64,000 nt of DNA from Trichoplax adhaerens (lineage: Eukaryota > Animalia > Placozoa), in contig NW_002060944.1 in NCBI RefSeq assembly GCF_000150275.1, forward strand, positions 9,636,556-9,700,555, given 5' to 3'. A program made the position numbers and the translations under genes. Under the pieces are notes generated by a model. It made no database searches. It was not told the DNA's origin and worked only from the letters and a program-made list of their open reading frames with translations. Below, piece after piece: positions 1 through 18,140 of the stretch (position 1 is its first letter; each line of letters starts with the position of its first letter).

Positions 1-644
1 ATTTACTTATAATTGGATATTTGATATATCTTATTTCTGATATCAGTTACTATTGATAAAGATTTCGAACTTTATTTTAAATTGCTACGATATTAATGCT
101 TTTATCAACTCTAGCGAAATTAATTGTTTGCATAAAGATTACATTAAACAAATTTGACGACGAGAAAATATGAATTTAGTTTCTACTGCCACACATTATA
201 CAATTTTATCGCTAAACTACCAGTACTGTAGTTCGTGTGCTTAAGCTACGATAATACTTCACAAATTAGAGCGATATGCGAATAAATTTAATTTTATGCC
301 TACTATTCAATCTTATGTATGCCATATATAATTGTCCTTCATGCAAAATTGATGATTTTCTAAAAACGAATTGGTCTATCATAAAGTGGGTAAGTATTAC
401 TTCATAGATTGTTTACCTTTCCTGTCATAAGCGAGATTTTCGTGCAGAATAAATTTTATTTCAGGACTCTGTACCCTATATGTTTAATAATGTATTCATC
501 CATGATCACGTTCAGTATTATATAGAATCGTAAGCAAGTTGAATTCGTGATTAAATAAGTTGTCATCACACTTTAATCATCTCTAAATAATAGAAGATAT
601 TTTACGAACTGTTTTGTAAATTAGGTGAAGGTTTCAGAAACTTA

Positions 645-2937
645 CCACATTTGCGACACTGAACAATGCTAGACTAAACTACAACGGTCACAGATTATTT
701 CATTTCAGTCATTATAAAAACAGCAATGTAATGAAACTGCGATAATAGTACAAAGTGCTATACTATAACTTTTAGTATATCCGTAAAGTAAAAATTTCGC
801 AAGTGGGTCTGTTTACCTAATTGTTAGATAATACGGTTTAGTACTAAGTCCGTTTACGTAATCTGATCATTAATAGTGATTTAGGCTACTCGCATTCATT
901 TTCAATAATTAATTATATACAATTATTAATATCTTCCAATCATATTCTATGCATTTGAGACAGCATAAATTAAATTTATTACTATGCATAACCTGCGCTA
1001 TATTCTACATGGTCAAGAACGACTATCTATTAAAGTAACATACCTTTGTCAAAATTCAGATATTTTACGAAACTTAAAATAGTAAGATACTGATGTGATT
1101 ATGTATAACTATCAACTAATAGAATTGTCTTACTTTTTAAAATTGCACTTCTATGTCATGAACTGTATGACCATCAACGTCTCAGAGTGTAAGTTAAATA
1201 CTATCAAGCTGAAGTACATTTTACGACTAATTATTTATTGTTTGCTTTATATTATTCAGTATTAATATTCTACAATACGAAATTAATATAGCATTCTTTT
1301 ACCATTTGAACGTTCTGTACTTCATTGCCTATTTCAAATATTTTGCAACCATTCGTATACTACAATTAATCTAGTTTCTCGTAGATATTTTTTGTAGAGT
1401 ATCATTTTTATCTTTATTTTATTAATAATAACTTTCGTATTTTTAATTATGGAATATTTATACTATGCCCACTCGGAATGTTAGATGGTAAGAATTGATA
1501 GAATAAAGGATTTAAAGTTTAGTACTTATCAAAAGTACTATATTTCAATTACATTTACGATCCCTCTTTCTCAATACTAAAAGAAATAGCTACATTTCTG
1601 ATGCCTTTCTCTAATGTCTTTCAGTGTCAATTAAATACTGCAGCATTAACAGAATTCAGCTGGTCATGCCTGCGATAGTATAGAATTAGAAGATCAGGAA
1701 TTGGTATGGTAATCGTTACAAGAAGAAGAGAACACTTAATTTAATCTGAAATACATCATGTATTGCAGTTGATTTTCTTGTAACTTTTAACAAAATTTAG
1801 TGGTAGGTTCTACCTAGCATAATTATAATCTAAGGATAATTTACAACATCTTATAGTGTAGGTTACATTGCGCACGTATTGCTCATAACCAGTAAAACCA
1901 ATGCTCGTTCTATTTTCGTGTACTGCAAGTACACGCACCTATTACTTGGACAACTAACGAGGTTTTGGTTTACTGCTCGTAAATTTGCTTCAATATTGCT
2001 GGATTCTTGACATTAATATCCTAAATTCCTAATCCATGACTAAGATATAACAAAAAGGCCTTTGAAACAAAATTTTTCTACTTATGAGCTACTATAGCTT
2101 AATTTTTGCAGCATGAATTGTTACAAAGGGACATGACATGGCTTTGGATCAGTGTCTTATAATTCATAGTAGTAAAACGCTAACAATGTAGTTGCCATAG
2201 ACATTACCGAAAATACAATTTATTGCCTTGATGGCGAGCAGTTGAATGCCTATCTGTGCACAGTTCTCGGAGTATAAATAAATTAAAAGGAATCCTGTCA
2301 CCTACAGAATCTATAGACGGGTCTGTATCATTGTATATTCCAGCGACTACGACAAGAAATATTTCTAGTTGATCCTTAAATCGAAGTATAAAACTAAATT
2401 AAATCAATTGCAAGAGCGCTAACTACGAGGTAATTTACAATTTAAAGTAGGAATCGGTACAGTCTCATAGACTATTCGAGTAGTTGCACATTTTTACAGT
2501 GAATGATGTCAGGAACTTCTTTTATGGTGTAAAATTTTCTTTATTTTTACCAATTTTTTTTATGGAATAATCCCTGTTTAAAGCCTACCGGGAAAACTCC
2601 CGGCGGCGGATTGTAACCAATTATTAGAATGTTTGCAGAATCTACAGGATGCTTTCCTAATACTTGAAAATCCTAACTATCGAGGTTCTTCTAGACAGTC
2701 CTAACATAGCTGGACGTACATTACTGTCCCATGGACTCCGTACAGTCATGCTTATGCTGTATTCTAGATCACAGCCACTCATGGTAGAGTTAAGACGACA
2801 GAGCATGATAAAATCAGAACCTTCTCAAATCGATCCAAAAACATATCAATTGAGGATTCATCATTCCATTTGAACATTTTAATCGAAGGTTTAGGACCAG
2901 CCAGTCTCGAATCGTTGAGCTGGAGTTGTTGCAGCAT
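645..2937 (-). CDS. Putative multi-exon gene of unknown function; 3' end and exon chain uncertain
   Basis: A series of AG..GT-bounded open segments on the minus strand chains with compatible phases: MLQQLQLNDSRLAGPKPSIKMFKWNDESSIDMFLDRFEK | DFQVLGKHPVDSANILIIGYNPPPGVFP | IGIQLLAIKAIKLYFR | NIEANLRAVNQNLVSCPSN. Further small candidate exons lie near 1313-1338, 993-1026 and 645-672. No family recognised. Confidence 0.35.
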
Positions 2938-4019
2938 TCGACTCTTCCACCGTGATGTATTGTGAAGTATTTCTTAAATATTAAACAAATATTAAAGAAA
3001 ATGTACTGTACAGTAAGGCTAACTAGAGTATCCTGTTCATGACGCTAAATTGTTGTGTATTACTGTCTAGAGTTAAATACTAACAACTGTATTAAAAGTT
3101 CGTACTACTCTCACTTAGCATAGAGACAAGAAATTGAACACTTAGTTGAAGTTATTGTAAAACTAACTACCAACTCTTACTCTCGTTATTGTATCGGAAA
3201 CGGCGGCTTATATACGTGCACCGTTCACATTTCTAACGCAATGTAATTGCAAGTTTATGCAACAGGAAATTCATTATTAAACGTACAATCGAATAAATAT
3301 AGCGTAGCGTAGTATATAGTAGTACTGATTTCTATACTGTATGCTTGACTAATGACTTTGACTTTATGTCTTAAGTTTACGGTATGTCTAACGGTGTAGG
3401 TTTAACAGGACTATATAATATTCAATAATAGTCATTCAGTCCATTTAAGATTACTACATGTGTTTGCGTCCATTCAATATTACCTACATTAAGTATATTA
3501 CTGTGATAATTCATTCATTATAGTGTCATCAATGATCTAATTTTGTCGAGTAATGAATGCATCCTATGTTAACACCTAACCACGAATGAACTATTATTCG
3601 ATGTCATGGAAAGTGTGCAAGTGATTCTTGCAATATTCAGCATGTAGACTTAGCAATAAATTTATTATTGTTTTGCACCAACAAAGTTGGCGAGGCTATA
3701 TAAAAGCCTCTAAATTCTTAATTGGGGGAAGTGGATAAGTTAGATGATAATTATAATAGATGGTTATCAGGTATTTGTAGTAGATTGGAAGTTGTCAGTT
3801 CAATGGGTTATTTTAATAAAGCTTTAATTCTTAGTGTGAGTGTTCATTCTCTTATCTAAGGCTCCAATCTAAGTTGGGTAGATTAAAGAGAGCTTAGACT
3901 TAGATAGTTACGACTAGTTTCCAGGAAAGAATCCCGTTCATTTTTGCGTTGCATTCTCGGCTGTTTTAATGGCTGACTTGCCGTTGAACTACGCCTTCAA
4001 TTTCTTGTTTCGATAGTAA

Positions 4020-4160
4020 CAGACGCTTATGAGACTACTGTCCTGTACACAGTACCGTACTGTATATCAATGTAAAGTACGATACTACACCCTAGTGTAC
4101 CACACCATGAATCAGAACGTCGGATCCTCATCGCGGTAACTCTATCGTTTAATCGTCAAA
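4020..4160. promoter_or_regulatory. NAT9 proximal promoter region with TACAGTA/TACTGTA-like motifs, possibly bidirectional
   Basis: Immediately upstream of the NAT9 ATG; contains ctgtacacagtaccgtactgta and related TGTAC/GTACA words. A possible divergent minus-strand exon (MQRKNERDSFLETS|gtaact) lies at about 3912-3954. Confidence 0.35.
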
Positions 4161-4162
4161 AG

Positions 4163-7609
<3,447 letters not shown>

Positions 7610-9320
7610 TCTTCTATATTAGCGTAAATCATACCATCATTATAATGTAGATTCTGCTTCATTACCGCGTTATCTGAATTAAAAATTTACTCTTGATAAT
7701 TTCAATTGTGTAGCAGATGAGATGATAGTGAAATTTCGTTTTTATGAATTGTTTTGCATAAGCGTACTCTACAAACGTATATGCTGAACTTAAAATATGA
7801 TATAGATTCTGTATTTATTGCAGTGTTGTCCAAATTTAAAGACTTATTCTACACAATTTATATCGTGCTGATTGACTTGATGATAGAAGTTGGCATAGAA
7901 GTTGCCAACTTCTATCGTCGTAAAATTGCTAATGTGCCATATAAGAGTGCTAAGTCAAGCAATTGTCGCAAGAATGCAATACAATTGCAATATATTCTAT
8001 TTACGTAAAGTGAAGAAACCTTTCCGGTTTGGTACTGACTACAGCCATAGGTCAGGTAGACATTACCTTCATATTTACAATTACATAACATTTTTATTTC
8101 TTATTTTGTCAGAATGAACTAGTCAAGTGTTTAGTATAACTTATAAATCTAGCTAACCTTAAACAATATTTGAATAGCATCACTGGTGCCAATAATATTG
8201 ATTGAAATATTTTGTAAAGCATAGCAAATAAATTCTATATCCTCGCACTTGATCAAGTTATCCTTTCCTTTCAGTTGTGTAATTATTAAAAGCATAGTTA
8301 GCCAATTGAATTCAATCACTTCAATTGACCCGTCGATCAGTCTATAACTTATGCTGATGCAACCTAAATTTTGAACCATAATCTGATTACATATAGTATT
8401 ATTACATATAAAATCATCGTTTCCTGCTGAATTAACTAGTTAATTGATTAAATAAATTGATCAATTGTTGAAAAAGTGATTGCTACAATAATTTTTTAAG
8501 ATCAATATTTATATCAAAAAGACAAAGTAAAAACAGAAGGAAAAGATCAGCGATTGAATCCTGTTATATAAAATTTTTAATACTGCTGCGAAAGTTTTTA
8601 AAATGAATGTATATTACTTTTAGTGCAATTTAGGAATAGGATTTTATAGACAATACCACTAGCTTGATATATAATCGATGCTAGTTAATTCTAATCGTAA
8701 TCAATCCTTAATATTCATAGATATCAAAATTCAGATGACATAGCGACTCTAAATTAAAATTAAATGTATTATAAATATCTAGCTTGATTTACACTGATGA
8801 TTGCTTCAAGAAGAAACCCTATCCATGAGCTACAAGCTTATTTGGCTTGAAAGTGTGTATTTGTTGAATCCGAAGTCCGATGATGTTCATCCTGGCTCAA
8901 TAGCTACCACCGAATAACTTTCAATATAGCGTATATAGTAGTAAACTGGATGAAATGATATTCAGTAGGTTTATGTCTATTTGCTCGAGAATGAGGAGGC
9001 ACTATTTATATAACATTTCCTGATTACAGGTATTAAGGTTTCGTGCCCGTAACTGGTTATTCATATTTTACAAACGTCGCATTGGCGTAGGATTAAAGTA
9101 TCATTAATCTATACCCTAGCTAGTCATATTTTCTAAAACAATAGGCAATATTAAAATGTTTGTGATTGCCTAAGGAAATCCATTTGTGCAAATACTGTTT
9201 CATTATAGAAGTAAGAGATTGCATTATAAAGCATTTTAGGGAGGAGATATCGACGGAATACACTACAATTTCGTAGTGATAAAATTAAAATAGATAGAGC
9301 TAGTCAATTTTCTTCTGCTA

Positions 9321-12300
9321 CTATTTACCATTAAGATAGAAATGAACACTATCCAATGCTTCATTTAGCGCCCTCATCCATTTTCGCTTTTCGCTAGCTG
9401 AATCAGCTCTTAAATAATAATTACGACCAGGTGTTTTGAATACAAAGCAAAATCCATCACCACGCTGATGAGATGCAATGTCATCTTCTTGGACTTTATA
9501 ACCTCTATCCTGTAGTCCAATATCGATCTCACCTAGTGGATAAGGCTCCTAAGTAGGGAGAAAGGAAACAGAATAAAGCCATTTAGTTCGAGTCTCGAAG
9601 CATTGTCGCAGTTTTTGCATCTAAAATAATTTTGATGGGTAAGTAGCTAAACTCACCAATAATTTAGACTTAATTGTGAACTATAATTAGCCCTGACAAG
9701 TTTTGTAGTTGGATTATTAATCATTTTAATAACATTTATGCATATGTGCCAGCCATAAAATAGAACTAATTCGGTCAGCACAATCTTTATTCTTATAACT
9801 GCATATTTTACATATAGTATCCACTTAGATCAAGCCTACAGATTAGTTCAATCTTGACTGTTATATCGCCTTTGAGTATTAGATATATAGTTTATACTAC
9901 GAGATAGCTTAGTTGCAAATATTTCTAATTTCTTGGCTTATAGAATGGTTATATCATGTTACAATCAGCTTAGGAAATTGTGCTGACGTAGAAACATATA
10001 TGAGCCGAAACTTACCAACGGGCCTTTAAAATACATTAATTTTCTGTCATACAACGAGAACCAGCGTCTGCGGAACGCTCCATTTTCCTTTTGATAGTAG
10101 CGAAGAAAAATGATTATTCACAGCTCAATATTTACGTTATAGATAGATTTTTTGAATAGAATATTTTGCTGCGATAAATTTAGGATCTAATAGTTCATTC
10201 TATTGCTGGGCAGTAAAAGTATATAGTACAAGGAATATTTTATCAAGAAAATAAAGAAAAAATATATCCTTAAAGAAAATAATAGAAGTGGTCTGAACAT
10301 GATGACAATCTAATATATTAGGCTACCTTTGGTTATAAATTACCGTAATCGTTAACTGGGATAACATTTTTTAGTTAAGATGCATAATATAAAAACCGAT
10401 AATAATTACCTTTGGACCCGTCTTTTCTAAGTAGCCTTCATGTAGAAATTCAATGGATAACATACGTGATATCTAGAAAATTGAACAAGATCCATGAAAT
10501 GAGGAAAGATTACAATTTATTTATCATCGACATAACCAAGTAGAATTCAAGATTGTTGGCGAATAATTTTGACTTTAGTAAAGCTTAAATAGCATCTATA
10601 TCTACATTCGTAAAGCCACATCATTAAACTTACTCTTTCTTCCTCTTGCTCTGGAATCGATTTATAAAGACAGCCAAGAACAGCAGCCTTGGCTGTTCGT
10701 ATAGCGCATAACCAATCAATTACTTCCTACATTGTAAAATCAGTCTATCATCAATTATTTACAACAGTTTCCAGTTCAATTCTTGAAAAAACGGTGATAA
10801 AGCAGTAGTAACTGATCGATAAAACTCATAGCATAGAGAAATCAATATTAAGGTCTCCTATAGCTTTATTATAACTTAACTAGAGATCGCTGGGCTTATT
10901 TACCTTGCCCGACTCGGAATACATGTAAAAATTTCTTGTTTTTCCGTCACTCTCTTTATATAAAAGCTGAAGACCATATGGTTTACCAAGTTTTTGTTTG
11001 CCAACCAAGGTTGCATTAATACATTCAACACTCATTTCACTTTTAGGTTCAATGTCCTGCAATTAGAAATTGCAGTCTTATAAGTATGAGACGGTAGAAT
11101 AGGGTCGCATTTAAATTGGAAATAAAGATAGAAGTTGTCTACTTTTTCATTAATGAAATAGGATAAAGTTGTAGCATCATCGGATAATACGAAAAGGCGC
11201 CGGTTCCATTCATTCTTAATTTTTCCCTTTTTCCATAGGAAACCTCTTTTCGCAGCTAAGTAATAGAAAACGCAAGTTATATCTTTATTGCCGCATCGAT
11301 CGATCAATACTAGCGAGTTTATCTACTCTCATCCATACTTCACAATGAAAAATTTAACGATAGCAAAGATAATAAGCGTTTAGTATATTAAAACAGTAAT
11401 TTCAGACTTACAAATATTCTGATGACGAAATCTATTTAAAATGGCTATCCTAGAAATTAAGTTGTTAATACTAACTTGATAATGGAATAGTACTTTTTTC
11501 ACCAGTAAAGAGACGATTTTCATATTTAGCTTTAATCCAATGTTCTCTTAGCATCCTATTAGTAACCAGAAAGATAGTGCCATAGTTAGCAGTAATAAGA
11601 TAAATATTCGGTAAGATAGATATATATTTATAAGAGATTAATCAGAGCCTTACTCAACGTTCCTAGCGGAGATCCTAGGAAAAAATATAGGAACACGTTT
11701 CTCCCACATTTTATTAGCTGATTTATTATCGTTATCAGCCATAATCTAAAATGTGAGAAAGATGAAATAAGATAGTTGCTTCTAATTGCAAAAAAGGCAA
11801 TTAGCTGACAGACTTACTTGTATAGCAGTATCAGTCCAATCATCCAGGAAAACTGATTTAACTTTGGAGATATGGACACCAAGACTTCGATGAACAGTAA
11901 CGCAATCAGTGCAAATAAATACGCCAAGATTGAAGGAAGCCCATTCTAGTGATTCTAGATATCGAAAGTAAAATAGAAACTCGTCAGAGTCTAGAGAAAT
12001 TTTCCATTTCACTTAGGGATGTAAGAGGACATGGAATATACTAAATTTCAGTAATCCTAGTAATTAAGCTTATCGCATTAACTGTAAAGCAAAAATGTTT
12101 GAATTATAAATTTAGTTAATATACCACTTAAAGTATACTTTAGCTGTAGAATTTAATTTTAAAAGATTTTCTATATCCGACTTAATTTAAATTAGATTGC
12201 ATCTGGCATAGCTAAAATATTGCTATAAAAACGAATCAATGTTAGCCTTAACGGAACTTTACATCATTTCTAACGTTTTATACGTAATAACTGGAAATAA

Positions 12301-12524
12301 TTTTTTGGAATATGGTTTATACTATTAAGACAAAAAATTCTCCTTAAAATCATAGCTATTTGCATAAGATAACCATACTATTGAGACGAAGAAAACACCA
12401 AGATACAGACATGCTATGAAATACATTTGCCAAACTTACTTTTGCCTTTACAATCCGCACAAATACTATTTTCTGGACGTTGCAATAATTTCTTTAATTC
12501 TTCTTTATGTCTTGTAGAGGACAT
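9321..12524 (-). CDS. ADAP1: ArfGAP with dual PH domains (centaurin-alpha; ADAP1/ADAP2 co-orthologue), about 10 exons
   Basis: ArfGAP zinc finger: [28 protein letters not shown] | [39 protein letters not shown]; then [13 protein letters not shown]1: [23 protein letters not shown]...[12 protein letters not shown]2: [13 protein letters not shown] | [24 protein letters not shown] | [11 protein letters not shown]...[22 protein letters not shown]. The last exon may instead splice on to about 8890, and an acceptor at about 12551 implies upstream exon(s). Confidence 0.93.
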
Positions 12525-15500
12525 GACTGCTGATATATTAAATTCTGAATTCTATGTAATATATAGAAAAAGAATGATTATGAGTTAATTTCGCAAAGAA
12601 AACTTCGATATTTCCTAACAGAGAAAGATACAATCAATCTATACTGGTACATTTTCAAATTGTATTACCAGTTGCATTTGCTGGTGTTAACTACATCTAC
12701 AAAGCCATGATCCGATAATACAGGTAATAAAAACTACAGCAAAATATGCTATGACAGATCTCCTAGTATTTACTGTATAAATTGTAAATAGGTGTAAATG
12801 TATTATAGTCGCTAAAGATTTAATTTCCATATCGAAAAAATTAATTTTTAAAAGCTGGCTTAAGTGAATAACTAGCAATTCAAAATTTAGATAGTAATGT
12901 TGAGAATTATATCAAAATATGAAAAAATTTCGCTACAATTAGTTGTGCCGTGAGATATTTAAAATCCTTTTGAGATAAGAAAACTTTAATATCTGTCAAT
13001 TCGTTAAGCGCACAGAAGCCACATGATTAATTGATGAGGTTAGGGGATTAGCAATTAGAAAAACGACGTAGCAACCCAAAGATTAAATTAGTAGAATGAT
13101 TTTTATTCACAACTGAAAATTTACGTCCAGCATGAAATCAAGAAGAGTTTAGAAATTGCTAAAAAGGAATCAGCATGGATAATATAATAACGTATGAGTG
13201 AATTAAATCTATAAAATGATTGAGAAAATTTTTGAACCATCAGTCTAACTAATAATGGCGATTCTATATGTTACCATGAGATGAAATGTCTTGATTCTTA
13301 AGGTGAGTGGATTAAAAATCTAATGCGTAGGTAAATTTGGAATCACCAATCTAAATTATAACGGCCATTTCAAGGACTAAGATAGGCAATTGATATATAA
13401 TGTCTTAATTATTAAGGATGTCTGTAATACCGGCAAGCAAATGAATACAGATGTCATAATTATAGACCATACCCACAATACCGGTCCTATATGAAAGAGG
13501 ATGGCTATTTTTTCTCGATATCTTTCAAACTTCCGGTTAATATTACCTGGTGAAGATACTTAAGTTTTAAATGCTAGCTTCCGCTCCTGTCTGTACCATT
13601 ATAAAGAATTGCTTGAATGTCAGTACGGCAGTTATTGCGATTCTTTCAAATAAATTTGTAGCAGATATTAAAGGTGATAAGATGGTTACTTTCCCTGTCA
13701 TTTCCTATTTCTAGCCAGTCACCTATACAAGAGCCATTACACTCAGAATACTACTTACAATGCTTGTTAATTGCTCAATGGAGAATTGATATGCTGTCTT
13801 AAATTGTGACAGTAATGTTCGTGAATTTGCTTCAATGAATGTTATGAACTTAAAATCGGGGGAAAATTAAGTTTATAATTAAGCTGATGTAAATTCCTAA
13901 GTAAAAACGTCGATATCTCTCTTAGCGATATTTAATCTTTACTAGAGAAAGATTACTTGATCATTCCATCCACAATTAACAACGAAATAAGAATATATTT
14001 TTGATTGATTTTGCGATTAAATTAAATTATAATGATTGCAGATTTGAAAGTTGATTTCCGTATTGAAAAGCGTCAAGATTCACCCTAATGGTTGTGAATA
14101 AGAAGCAAGAAATGATTGTCGTTCTATCCTGTTCAAGAATACGATTCCTAGATCTCTATAAGAAGGGCTGGCTATAACCTGTCATGAATTTGTATTGATT
14201 AGTTCAATGTCAAGGCGTGAAATAGGTGATATAATTTGACTATATACGTATTTCCATAGTATCCAAGATCAATATTTTGTTCAAGCTGATAAGAATTACT
14301 TTTCTAAATTAAATCTTTGATGCTAGATGCTAATTGTTAGTAGTTGTCAATTCAAGTACTGTCAAGAAAGATGGTAGCAGTGGCATTAATTTAGTCAAAA
14401 GCGGCGTAAAGATAGCTAAGGATATTAGGAGGATCGACCAAAGCAGAAGGTATGAAATCGATTTCTATTTGTCACTCAGCAAGGTGTGAACTAGTAACTT
14501 AAATTCCGTAGAAATATTAGTTTGCTATAACACTCTTCAAAGGGAATAAATGCTAATTGTGATGGAAAACAATTTAATTAGTGCTATCCATTTTCCTGTA
14601 ATTTCAAATAAATCCTTGTGATGGCAGCTGACCTTTTTAAGATTCATAGTAGTAAGAAAAATACCAGTAGATTTAGACAGATTAGCCCCGCTCCCCGGAT
14701 TGGAAAAAACAAATTAGTCATGCCGTCAAGATAAAAGAAAAAACTCGTTCTAGTTAAAGTCTTATTAACTGTTGGTGTTTTTTACGCCTTTAAAGGATTT
14801 AAGACAATTGCTTATGTTGCATTATAAGATGACTATCAATCATCACTTTTGGGATTATGAATAATGACGTAAAGAGATATTACATTACTGTTTTGATCGA
14901 AATCTACATTAGGCAAGAGAAGGAGTGTTTAAAGAACAAGGAAATACTCTTCTTTAGCGGCGATTTAGAATGATTATAAATAATAATAGATAACTTACCT
15001 GATGGAGATATAAATTAATTTGAAGTTTGGAATAACTGAACAAGAACCACAATTTTAACTCAGTTAAACGATGAAAATAGATGGAAATTTCAAGACCAAA
15101 ATTCTTTAATCAATTTAGATTAAATGGGCTCTAGTACTACTTGAGTAGTAGAAATTAAGTCAAACTGATCGTAGATCAAACTTCTCCTCAATAGCGACCA
15201 TCAACACTGCGGAGAAAGGAATCCAGAATAAATTAATCTAAGGAAAACGATGCAATTTAACCCTTTAAAGCTTATACCATTAATTAATTTATTAATTACA
15301 TTTTAATAAGACTAATTTCTATTGGAGAAAGGAAAAGAAATAATGATTAAGAATAAACTTGCGACAAAATTAATGGAAAGATTTTAAGTATAGCTGAAAG
15401 ACTGAAGTTTGACAAAGAACAGAATGAACTCGTATAGAAAATTTTTAAAAAGAAAAATTTCAACCAATTCCAGTAAATAACATGAATTAATTGGATTAAT

Positions 15501-16435
15501 GATAAAAAATACTATTATTACCATCACTTTACGTATAAAACTTACCAATTTATGTATTAAAATAAAGGTATAGGAGTATAGAATTAATGTTTAAAGAAGT
15601 AGAATAACGATTTTGTGGTGAAGGTAAACGAGGAAGAAAAGAGGTAAGTTAGAAGAGAAGCTTCAATCGAGTTAATTTTGCCTTGTTGACCAATGGTAAA
15701 TGATTTAATAATGATTAACATGTCTCACTTTAATAACATCTCCATGGTATAGATATTCATCGACGTCAATGTTAATGTCAATAAATTGTTGAACTTAGCC
15801 AATAATCATGCTGTGATGGATAATGAATTCAGCCCTAAGGGTTGCCAAGTCAATAAGCGAGTTAATTTTATTAATAACAATAATAAAAAATACAATATAA
15901 TAACATGATTATCTTTCAATTAATCTATTTTAGAATGATTCCATTTTCTTCCGATCTCTAGGTTAGTTTGTTGGCGATAAAGTGATAGAACAGAACTTTT
16001 TATGTATCATTTTATTCAAAGGAAAGATAACAAAAACTCGAAGCAATGAATTTAAATTATCAACATGCCCTACTATTATTCTATTGAATTTATTTAATAG
16101 TATGCTCGTATTGATCATATCAATAAATGCATTCCATCATTTTGGAATAGCGGTAAAAATAAAAAGGGAAGGAGAGGCAATCCGTCCATCCAATCATTAA
16201 TCTATTCTCTAACATTGATCGCTATCGTTGAGTGAAGTTATCAATCTATAGGGACCTTTTAATTTCTAACTTATTAGAACTATTGCATTCAGTCCTCTCT
16301 CTATTTTAATAAAGCAAATTTAGCCTATGCATTATTTCCAATTACACTCAATTTTATTCCGATTTGATGAATAATATAAAACTTAAGACGATAAGTTACT
16401 TAATTGCAACCATAAGGCAATTAGTATTTATAAAT

Positions 16436-16565
16436 GGTAATCCCATCAAGTTTGTTAATTAATCGACTAGTTGTCTTTCTGAGCCTTAGGTCAAGCATTT
16501 TTAAATAGTAATCCCATCGAGTTTGTTAATTAATCGGGTTGATGTTTTTATGAGCCTAAAGTCGA
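16436..16565. repeat. Two-copy tandem repeat, about 72-bp unit
   Basis: gtaatcccatc[a/g]agtttgttaattaatcg...tgagcct occurs twice in tandem. Confidence 0.8.
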
Positions 16566-17099
16566 TTAAATGATATTATTTCTGTTTGGCAGGTAATTAC
16601 AATCATTGATGACGAATTATCTTGAACTATACTCAACTAATATTGATGTTTTAAATAAAATATAAGAAAGATAGCCAGTCATCTGTTGAATTATGATATC
16701 AATCTACCTACCAGTAAATATTCTAAACATTATTGGCAACAACGATAATAGACATAATAAATAGAAATGATGGAATATCCCTAGGACTATACGCATCTTC
16801 CATTGAGGTGATCAAGAGTTTAATATTACTTATACGTAGTACAAATAGACGCCCTCTAATGATGACGTCTTCAAGGATGACAGCTACCCTTAAGCCATCA
16901 TTTGCCTTACTTCTGTGTGCATGAGATGATCAGAAAGTTTATTTAGTTGTATATTATTTTTACCTCTCATCCAGTTGGTAATTAATATCGACTAAGTAGT
17001 TTAGAATTCAATATATTGTCATCGATATGTTTAAAAGTATTATTCAGCCATTGTCAAAAAAACAAATTAATTATGGATAGAATTGAAGTTAGCAGCGAG

Positions 17100-18140
17100 C
17101 TACTATAACATAATATACCGTGATATTAATATATTCTACAGATTGATTTCATCCTATTTTCGTCGTCTTACATATCATTGTAGGATTGAAGCAGTCTTTA
17201 ATCGCTAAAATAGTAACCTTCAAGATAATCAATCTCATCATAATATCGTGTATCATGTAAAATCATAATGTACTATTAATTTATATGATTGAACTATCTC
17301 ATAGATCGACTCATTCTTGAGGTAATTAAAAATTTTATTTAGTTGCTAATTGAATCTATTTTATGTTTATTATTCTCAGTATCATAAATAGAATGCTTAA
17401 CGGTAGATTAAAGATAGTATGTGTTTTAGTAAAATTATACTATTCGAAATTATCAATTTTTAAACGAGTTATGACTTTCAATGCGTCCTATATCGCTAAA
17501 TTATTTAATGAAGCCATTCCTTTTACTGATTTATTATCGAGATAATGAAGATTCTAGTAGTTCTTATAATTTACTGCTTGGCTTAAAAACTAGGTTTCAC
17601 TAAAATCATATTGTTCAAGCTACCATAGTTAGAAATTTATTATCGAGGTAATTAAAGTCGTATTTATTCTATAGTATACTACGATATTAATGCATACTAT
17701 TAGTTTTACCTCATATCTATTATTCTCAACCTCATAATAGGTTAAAAACAGCTTCCAATCTTCATAATACTGGCCTTCAAAATAATTAATTCAAATCCTA
17801 AAACATATCATCTATTTACTATCAAGCCATAACGAATATTAGCTAATTAATTCATTTATTACCAAGGTAATTTAGAGACATCAATTTTAAGTCATAGTAA
17901 TGTATACCAGTGATTGTTTCATTATCACAAATAATATACCCAACAAAAGGCTAATAGCAGTCTAGATATGCAAAATATCAAATTCTAACACAAATTGTAA
18001 CATTACATTATATCATTAAAAGCATCATAGTGAGCTGTTCATTAATTTAATTCATTATTCTCATCATCCTATAACATAAGCTATAAGATAGATGAAGGTA
18101 GTCTATCATTGCCAGAATAATATTCGTAAGGATTAACTTG
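17100..18140. repeat. Old, degenerate tandem repeat (unit roughly 200-250 bp)
   Basis: Recurrent words ttattatcgagg/ataat, ttattctca and gcagtct...aaaata...ccttcaa. Boundaries are approximate. Confidence 0.45.

Noticed and set aside
440-675. One splice path gives VQCRKCGYRVLK, reminiscent of the RNA polymerase subunit POLR2K zinc ribbon
   Set aside because: It lacks the first CxxC and the conserved YKKRT...FDAR tail, and depends on an arbitrary exon choice.
2820-2937. SIDMFLDRFEK resembles a retrotransposon Gag capsid N-terminal motif
   Set aside because: Only a few residues match; there is no zinc knuckle, pol or LTR, and downstream exons do not continue the resemblance.
14992-15012. acttacctg resembling the U1 snRNA 5' end
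   Set aside because: No further U1 sequence or Sm site follows; it is simply the reverse complement of a splice-donor consensus.
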